DNA of 55,066 nucleotides from Clostridiales bacterium DTU086. Lineage in GTDB: Bacteria > Bacillota > DTU086. Below are positions 49,958 through 55,066 of the stretch, in pieces. Below the pieces are notes generated by a model, which saw only the letters and a program-made list of their open reading frames with translations, made no database searches and was not told the DNA's origin. The DNA is taken from the NCBI GenBank assembly GCA_001513335.1, contig LFTO01000057.1, forward strand, positions 1-55,066, given 5' to 3'. Made by a program: the position numbers and the translations under genes. Numbering within the stretch: position 1 is the stretch's first letter; the number at the start of each line of letters is the position of its first letter.

Positions 49958-51335
49958 GGTGGTCTCCTTCTAACTGCAAACCGGAGACTATCCGCTCCAT
50001 TCTCATCCCTCTTGAACCCTTCACTAAAACAACATCCCCCATATCAATATATTTTTTGAGCATTTCCACTGCTTCCTGGATAGTGGCTCCATGAAAAACC
50101 CGGCTCTCATCCATACCGCAGGCAACAGCTCCTTCTCCGATGTACCGGGCCAACTCCCCAACCGTAACCAACAGGTCCGGGTTTAACCGGCAAACGGATT
50201 CTCCCACTCTCCGGTGTTCAGCTTCGGCAATGGGTCCCAGCTCAAACATATCTCCCAGGACAGCAACCCTGCGTTTCCCCTCAATCTGCCGCAGCACTCC
50301 CAGGGAAGAAATCACTGAATCAGGATTGGCATTATAAGTATCGTTAATTATGGTTGCGCCCCTTATTCCTGTGGTTTTCTCCAGACGCATTCCGGTAACG
50401 GTAAGTTTATCCAGTCCCTGCTGCAGTTTTTCCCCGGGGAAACCAAGGAGAAGATATGCCCCGGCAGCAGCCAGGCAGTTGTAGACATTATGTTTCCCCC
50501 ACAGGGGCAGCCTCAGCCTTCCGGAAAAACCAAAAGCCTCAAGGGAAAATTCCGTGTGCTCAGGAAAAAACTCAACTTTTCCAGCCCGCACCTCAGCATT
50601 ATCACCGAACCCAAAAAACACGGAGCGTGCCTGGGTCCTGCTCTTGATAAAAGGTGACCACTCGTTTTCCCCATTGAGAAGAATAAAACCCTCCTTGGGA
50701 AGGCTTTCAGCCAGCTCACCTTTGGCCAGGGCGATATTATCCATGGACCCCAGCCTTTCGAAATGGGTGGAACCTACGTTGGTGATTATTCCTGCCGTAG
50801 GTCTCGCAATACTGCAGAGTTCGGCAATCTCGCCTAAACCCCTCATACCCATCTCCAGCACACAAACATCATGCTCATGGGAAAGGCTCAAAAGTGTAAG
50901 AGGTACCCCTATCTCATTATTCTGGTTGCCTGAATTAAAATGTACATTTGCTGCCGCATAAAGCAGAGATGCCAGTATGTCTTTAGTTGTTGTCTTTCCA
51001 CTGCTTCCCGTAATACCTACTAAAGGAATTGCAAGTTTATTCCGCCACCAGGCCGCCAGTTTCTGCAGGGCAGCAAGGGTATTTTCTACGAGTATTACAG
51101 TACCCTCCTCAGGAACCCCTGTTCTCTTTTCCACAACGGCTCCAGCAGCACCGGCCTTAAAGGCGTTCCCAATAAAATCATGGCCGTCGAAGTTTTCTCC
51201 CTTAAGAGCAAAAAATATATTTCCCGGCTTAACGGTCCTGGAATCAATGGATACTCCTGAAAAATTCTCTCCTTTATCCCGGACAACAACGCCTCCGCAG
51301 ACTGCAGCCAATTCACTAACAGTAATTGAAACCAT
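49950..51335 (-). CDS. murF: UDP-N-acetylmuramoyl-tripeptide--D-alanyl-D-alanine ligase
   Basis: 461 aa with GITGSSGKTTTKD. Confidence 0.9.
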   Translation of the reverse strand: MVSITVSELAAVCGGVVVRDKGENFSGVSIDSRTVKPGNIFFALKGENFDGHDFIGNAFKAGAAGAVVEKRTGVPEEGTVILVENTLAALQKLAAWWRNKLAIPLVGITGSSGKTTTKDILASLLYAAANVHFNSGNQNNEIGVPLTLLSLSHEHDVCVLEMGMRGLGEIAELCSIARPTAGIITNVGSTHFERLGSMDNIALAKGELAESLPKEGFILLNGENEWSPFIKSRTQARSVFFGFGDNAEVRAGKVEFFPEHTEFSLEAFGFSGRLRLPLWGKHNVYNCLAAAGAYLLLGFPGEKLQQGLDKLTVTGMRLEKTTGIRGATIINDTYNANPDSVISSLGVLRQIEGKRRVAVLGDMFELGPIAEAEHRRVGESVCRLNPDLLVTVGELARYIGEGAVACGMDESRVFHGATIQEAVEMLKKYIDMGDVVLVKGSRGMRMERIVSGLQLEGDHHV

Positions 51336-51336
51336 A

Positions 51337-52809
51337 TTATAGACTCCTTAAAACATTTCTGGCTTCCTCACGGTCATCAAAATGCAGTACCTCGTCACCT
51401 ACCAACTGGTAATTTTCATGACCCTTACCGGCAATTACCACTGTGTCACCCTTACGGGCCATTTTAATAGCAGTACTGATAGCCTCCCGCCTATCCTGAA
51501 TAATGCGAAAACAATCAGTAATTTTTTGGACACCCGGGAGGATATCTTCGATTATTGAAAGAGGTTCTTCGCTCCTGGGATTATCCGATGTAACAATACA
51601 GTAGTCGGAATGTACCGCTGCCGCTTCCCCCATTAACGGGCGCTTTCCCCGGTCCCTGTCACCGCCGCAGCCAAAAACGGTAATTACCCTTCCCTGGGTG
51701 ATCTCCCGGGCGGTTCGGAGGATATTGTGCAGGCCGTCAGGAGTGTGGGCATAGTCAACAATCACACCAAAATCCTGACCTTCATGTATGGATTCAAATC
51801 TCCCCGGCACTCCTGCTGTGTCTTCCAGAGCCGACTTAATCACTTGAAGTGGAATATTTTCCATCAAACCAACGGAAAAAGCGGCCAGGGCGTTATAAAC
51901 ATTAAACCTTCCAACGAGTTTCAGTTTCAGGCTGCATTCTACCCCCATACCGGATACATCGAAGAACGTCCCCAGGGAGCTGACCCTGATATTTTTGGCA
52001 CACAAATCCGCCTGGTTTTTTATTCCATATGTTTTAACAGGCACATCTGTCACACTGATTATATCGCCGGCATAGGGACTGTCAACATTTACTACAGCGT
52101 AATGGTGCCCATTCTTGGAACCTCTCCCCAACTGCCGGAACAAAATAGCTTTGGACCGGAGGTAGTCCTGCACATCAGGGTGAAAGTCCATATGGTCCTG
52201 GGTCAGGTTTGTAAAAACACCGGCATCAAAATCGCAGTCGGCCACGCGCTTCAGAGCCAGGGCATGGGAAGAAACCTCCATTACAGCCGCCTCTACACCT
52301 TCACTGACCATTTGGGAAAACAAGTGATTTAGTTCCAGGGCATCGGGAGTTGTAAAATGAGTATTTATCTTTTTTCCGTTGATGCGGTTTTCAATTGTCC
52401 CGATAAGGCCGGCTTTTTTTTCGGCCTGGCAGAGGATTTTTTCTATCAAAAAGGTAGTCGTGGTCTTGCCGTTTGTACCCGTAACTCCAATCAGACGGAG
52501 TTTTGAAGAGGGATAATCGTACAAAAAAGCTGCCAATCTGGAAAGAGCCAACCGTGCATCTTTGACCTTTACCCAGGGAATCTCATCAGGAGCAAACTCA
52601 TCCCGTTCCAATACTACCCCATAGGCGCCCCTCTCCACAGCCTGGGGGATAAATTTGTGACCGTCAGTCTTGAAGCCTGGAACGGCAACAAAAATATCAC
52701 CTTTTGAAATTTTCCTAGAATCATAATGAACACCGGTAAATGCAGTATCAAGGTTTCCGTTCCATTCCTCGGCCATAACTAAGTCCAGAATTTCTTTTAT
52801 AGCAGCCAC
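51337..52809 (-). CDS. murE: UDP-N-acetylmuramoyl-L-alanyl-D-glutamate--2,6-diaminopimelate ligase
   Basis: 490 aa with GVTGTNGKTTT and the DNPR motif (TSDNPRSE). GTG start behind GAGGGA. Confidence 0.9.
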   Translation of the reverse strand: MAAIKEILDLVMAEEWNGNLDTAFTGVHYDSRKISKGDIFVAVPGFKTDGHKFIPQAVERGAYGVVLERDEFAPDEIPWVKVKDARLALSRLAAFLYDYPSSKLRLIGVTGTNGKTTTTFLIEKILCQAEKKAGLIGTIENRINGKKINTHFTTPDALELNHLFSQMVSEGVEAAVMEVSSHALALKRVADCDFDAGVFTNLTQDHMDFHPDVQDYLRSKAILFRQLGRGSKNGHHYAVVNVDSPYAGDIISVTDVPVKTYGIKNQADLCAKNIRVSSLGTFFDVSGMGVECSLKLKLVGRFNVYNALAAFSVGLMENIPLQVIKSALEDTAGVPGRFESIHEGQDFGVIVDYAHTPDGLHNILRTAREITQGRVITVFGCGGDRDRGKRPLMGEAAAVHSDYCIVTSDNPRSEEPLSIIEDILPGVQKITDCFRIIQDRREAISTAIKMARKGDTVVIAGKGHENYQLVGDEVLHFDDREEARNVLRSL

Positions 52810-52875
52810 CGGACATCCCTCATTTTTAGAAAATTTTGCCTTTATAGTATGGTCTATCCAAAGGGAATTTATCCC

Positions 52876-52918
52876 ATAAAAACCGAGCCGCTATAAGTTG
52901 ATCATCTTGGGCTCGGTT
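52876..52918 (-). terminator. hairpin terminator between the class B PBP gene and murE
   Basis: 9-bp stem AACCGAGCC/GGCUCGGUU with a 20-nt loop, followed by UUUAU. Confidence 0.5.
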
Positions 52919-52947
52919 AAATGCAACAAGTCCAACACTTAATTATT

Positions 52948-55066
52948 TTACTCTTTTTCTTTAAACTGAACAGTAACTTTTGACCCTTTTTTCACCTGGG
53001 CCCTCGGTGCAGGCTGCTGGCTTACTGCCTCCCCTGAACCTCTGGGGTCAAGCTCAAGGCCAAGGCCTTCCAGAAGGTGGGCTGCCTCGTATATTCTCTT
53101 GCCTGCAAGGTCAGGTACCGTAACGTTCCCTGTACTTTTCCCCCCGACGTAAAGGACAACCTCCGTGCCTTCCTTGACAACTGCCCCTGATTTTGGCAGC
53201 TGGCTTAAAACCCGGTCACCGCTGCCTTCAACAACTGCCTTAAGGCCTGCCTTTGCCAGCAAATTCTTGGCTTCATTAAGCCCTTTCTCGCTGACGTCAG
53301 GAACGGTAACATCTTTTTTAGGCTCCTGTTGGGGCTGCCCGGGAATTTGCGGCGCTTTTTCTCCGGTATTTCGCCTGGGAACCCCCAAATAGTGCAGGGT
53401 ATCTTCAACAACACGCTTGAAAACCGGGGCTGCAATGGTACCTCCGTAATAAGGGTATCCCTGGGGCTCATCAATTACTACAATGGCCGCTATTGCAGGG
53501 TCATCTGCGGGGGCAAACCCTGCAAAGGAAGCAACATACTTTCCGGGCATGTATCCCCCCGGTCCTGCCTTTTGGGCTGTTCCCGTCTTTCCCGCAACCC
53601 GGTATCCTTCAATATAAGCCCGGGAACCGGTGCCCTGTTTTACAACGTTCTCCAGAAGCAAGCAAAGTTCCTTGGATACGTCCTCAGATATTACCTGCCT
53701 GACTTTTTTCGGCTCAATTTTTTCAATTATATTGCCCTCACGGTCCCGAATTTCCTTTACCAGATAGGGCTGCATATAGTTGCCGCCGTTGGCGATGGCT
53801 GAAATACCGGCAATCATTTGAATAGGGGTAACAGCTATACCCTGGCCCATGGAAATAGTGGCAATATTTATTTCCCGTAGCTGTGCCTCCGGAATCAGCA
53901 TCCCTTTTGCTTCTCCCGGTAGGTTAATTCCCGTTTGTTCCCCAAAACCCAGACCGCGGATATATCTATAGAAGAGTCCTTTATCTTTTTCCCACAGCCT
54001 CAGCCCCACGGTAACCAGGACCGGGTTGCAGGAGTTTTCCAACCCTTCCCCAAAAGTCTGAGTGCCGTGAGGTGTATTGGACCAGCACTTAATCCGTTCC
54101 GAACCTACGCGAATGTATCCCGGGTCGTGAAAGGTCTCCCCGGGCCGGATAACATTTTCCTCCATGGCAGCTGCCGCAGTAATAATCTTAAAAGTTGACC
54201 CCGGTTCATAGCTGTTGGATACAGCAACATTCCGCCATGACTTTTGGGGGTATTCATTATAGTTATTGGGATCAAAACCCGGCCTGCTTCCCATAGCCAG
54301 AATTTCACCGGTCTTAACATTCATTACAATGATACTTGCACTTTTTGGACGAACGGTACCGTTCATAAGCTGGTCCAATTCCCGTTCCACCACATACTGG
54401 ATTGTTTCATCGATGGTTAGGACGATGCTGTTGCCGTCTTCAGATGGGTGGTAACGGTGTACCGCCTGGGGCAGTTCCCGTCCGATACCGTCAAATTCAA
54501 TAACGATGTTTCCCGGGATTCCGCTTAGCTGCTCATCATACATAGTTTCAATGCCTTCAAGTCCCTGGTTGTCAATACCTGCAAAACCAAGGACATGACA
54601 GGCAAGTTCCTTATTAGGATAAAAGCGCTGGCTTTCCTCAAAAATTTCAATTCCGGGAAACTCCAGATCTTTGATCTCTTTTCCCTTTTCAAAATCGGCA
54701 ATTTTCCTCTTTACCCAAACAAAAGAACTGTTCTGGGTGATTTTGCGATAAACTTCGTTTTCCTTCATACCCAGAATCTTGGAAAGCTGCCGGGCTATTT
54801 CTTCAGCTTTGCCTGACTTCTTGATTTGGGGAGGAAAAGCTCCAACAGAATCGGCACTGACACTGACGGCAAGCTCATTATTGTTTCGGTCCAGAATAGC
54901 CCCCCGTTTAGCCTCAACGGGGACTTCCCGGAGCCTGTTGTCTAACGCCTTCTGCTGCAGTTCATCCCCCCTGACAAATTGAATATAGCCAATTCGCCCT
55001 AAAAGAAAAAAAAGAACCGCCGCCAAAAGAAGAAAGAGTTTAGCTGTACGCTTCCTTACGAATATA
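52948..55066 (-). CDS. class B penicillin-binding protein (SpoVD / PBP2B / FtsI type) with two C-terminal PASTA domains; N-terminus lies beyond the right edge
   Basis: Transpeptidase motifs STFK, SCN and KTGT, plus two PASTA repeats (VTVPDV..., VTVPDL...). The frame stays open upstream of the track start (...FVRKRTAKLFLLLLAAVLFF) to the window edge. Confidence 0.9.
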   Translation of the reverse strand, partial: IFVRKRTAKLFLLLAAVLFFLLGRIGYIQFVRGDELQQKALDNRLREVPVEAKRGAILDRNNNELAVSVSADSVGAFPPQIKKSGKAEEIARQLSKILGMKENEVYRKITQNSSFVWVKRKIADFEKGKEIKDLEFPGIEIFEESQRFYPNKELACHVLGFAGIDNQGLEGIETMYDEQLSGIPGNIVIEFDGIGRELPQAVHRYHPSEDGNSIVLTIDETIQYVVERELDQLMNGTVRPKSASIIVMNVKTGEILAMGSRPGFDPNNYNEYPQKSWRNVAVSNSYEPGSTFKIITAAAAMEENVIRPGETFHDPGYIRVGSERIKCWSNTPHGTQTFGEGLENSCNPVLVTVGLRLWEKDKGLFYRYIRGLGFGEQTGINLPGEAKGMLIPEAQLREINIATISMGQGIAVTPIQMIAGISAIANGGNYMQPYLVKEIRDREGNIIEKIEPKKVRQVISEDVSKELCLLLENVVKQGTGSRAYIEGYRVAGKTGTAQKAGPGGYMPGKYVASFAGFAPADDPAIAAIVVIDEPQGYPYYGGTIAAPVFKRVVEDTLHYLGVPRRNTGEKAPQIPGQPQQEPKKDVTVPDVSEKGLNEAKNLLAKAGLKAVVEGSGDRVLSQLPKSGAVVKEGTEVVLYVGGKSTGNVTVPDLAGKRIYEAAHLLEGLGLELDPRGSGEAVSQQPAPRAQVKKGSKVTVQFKEKE

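Noticed and set aside
51727-52332. 201-aa plus-strand ORF
   Set aside because: It is antisense to murE. I judged the other long antisense ORFs the same way: 48521..49078 over murD/mraY, 32868..33398 over nrdR, 20488..20961 over UPF0210, and 699..1091 over yicC.

Overview
This window is a conserved chromosomal backbone from a spore-forming, anaerobic Firmicute, probably class Clostridia. Evidence for that placement: a spoIIGA-sigE-sigG-spoIIR block, class III RNR genes nrdDG, and dapL. About 50 of the 53 CDS I call lie on the minus strand. Their order closely follows the Bacillus subtilis region gmk-remA-yloC ... pyr operon ... rluD-lspA ... ileS-divIVA-ylm genes ... sigG-sigE-spoIIGA-ftsZ-ftsA-sbp-divIB-mur/dcw cluster.

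Supported RNA and regulatory elements:
- an Ile T-box leader upstream of ileS
- two PyrR attenuators and a sigma-A promoter for the pyr operon
- tandem NrdR boxes overlapping the nrdR promoter
- a forespore-type promoter for sigG and a long-spacer spoIIG-type promoter
- about a dozen rho-independent terminators

I found no CRISPR array, tRNA or rRNA gene, transposase, integrase or recognisable defence island. I cannot point to a clear multi-gene novel system.

The items most worth a second look:
1. A 303-bp GC-normal spacer between ftsQ and sbp with no convincing gene, which may be a structured RNA or leader.
2. A ylmC/ymxH gene that can only be full length if it starts at an ATT/ATC codon.
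3. sigG and spoIIR arranged as one apparent unit next to spoIIGA-sigE.
4. A pyr operon that lacks carA.
5. An orphan MinD/FlhG-like ATPase with an extra N-terminal domain, in a small variable island.
6. A 33-codon upstream ORF that overlaps the ykgJ-family start.

All product calls come from motifs and synteny I recognise by eye. No database search was run.
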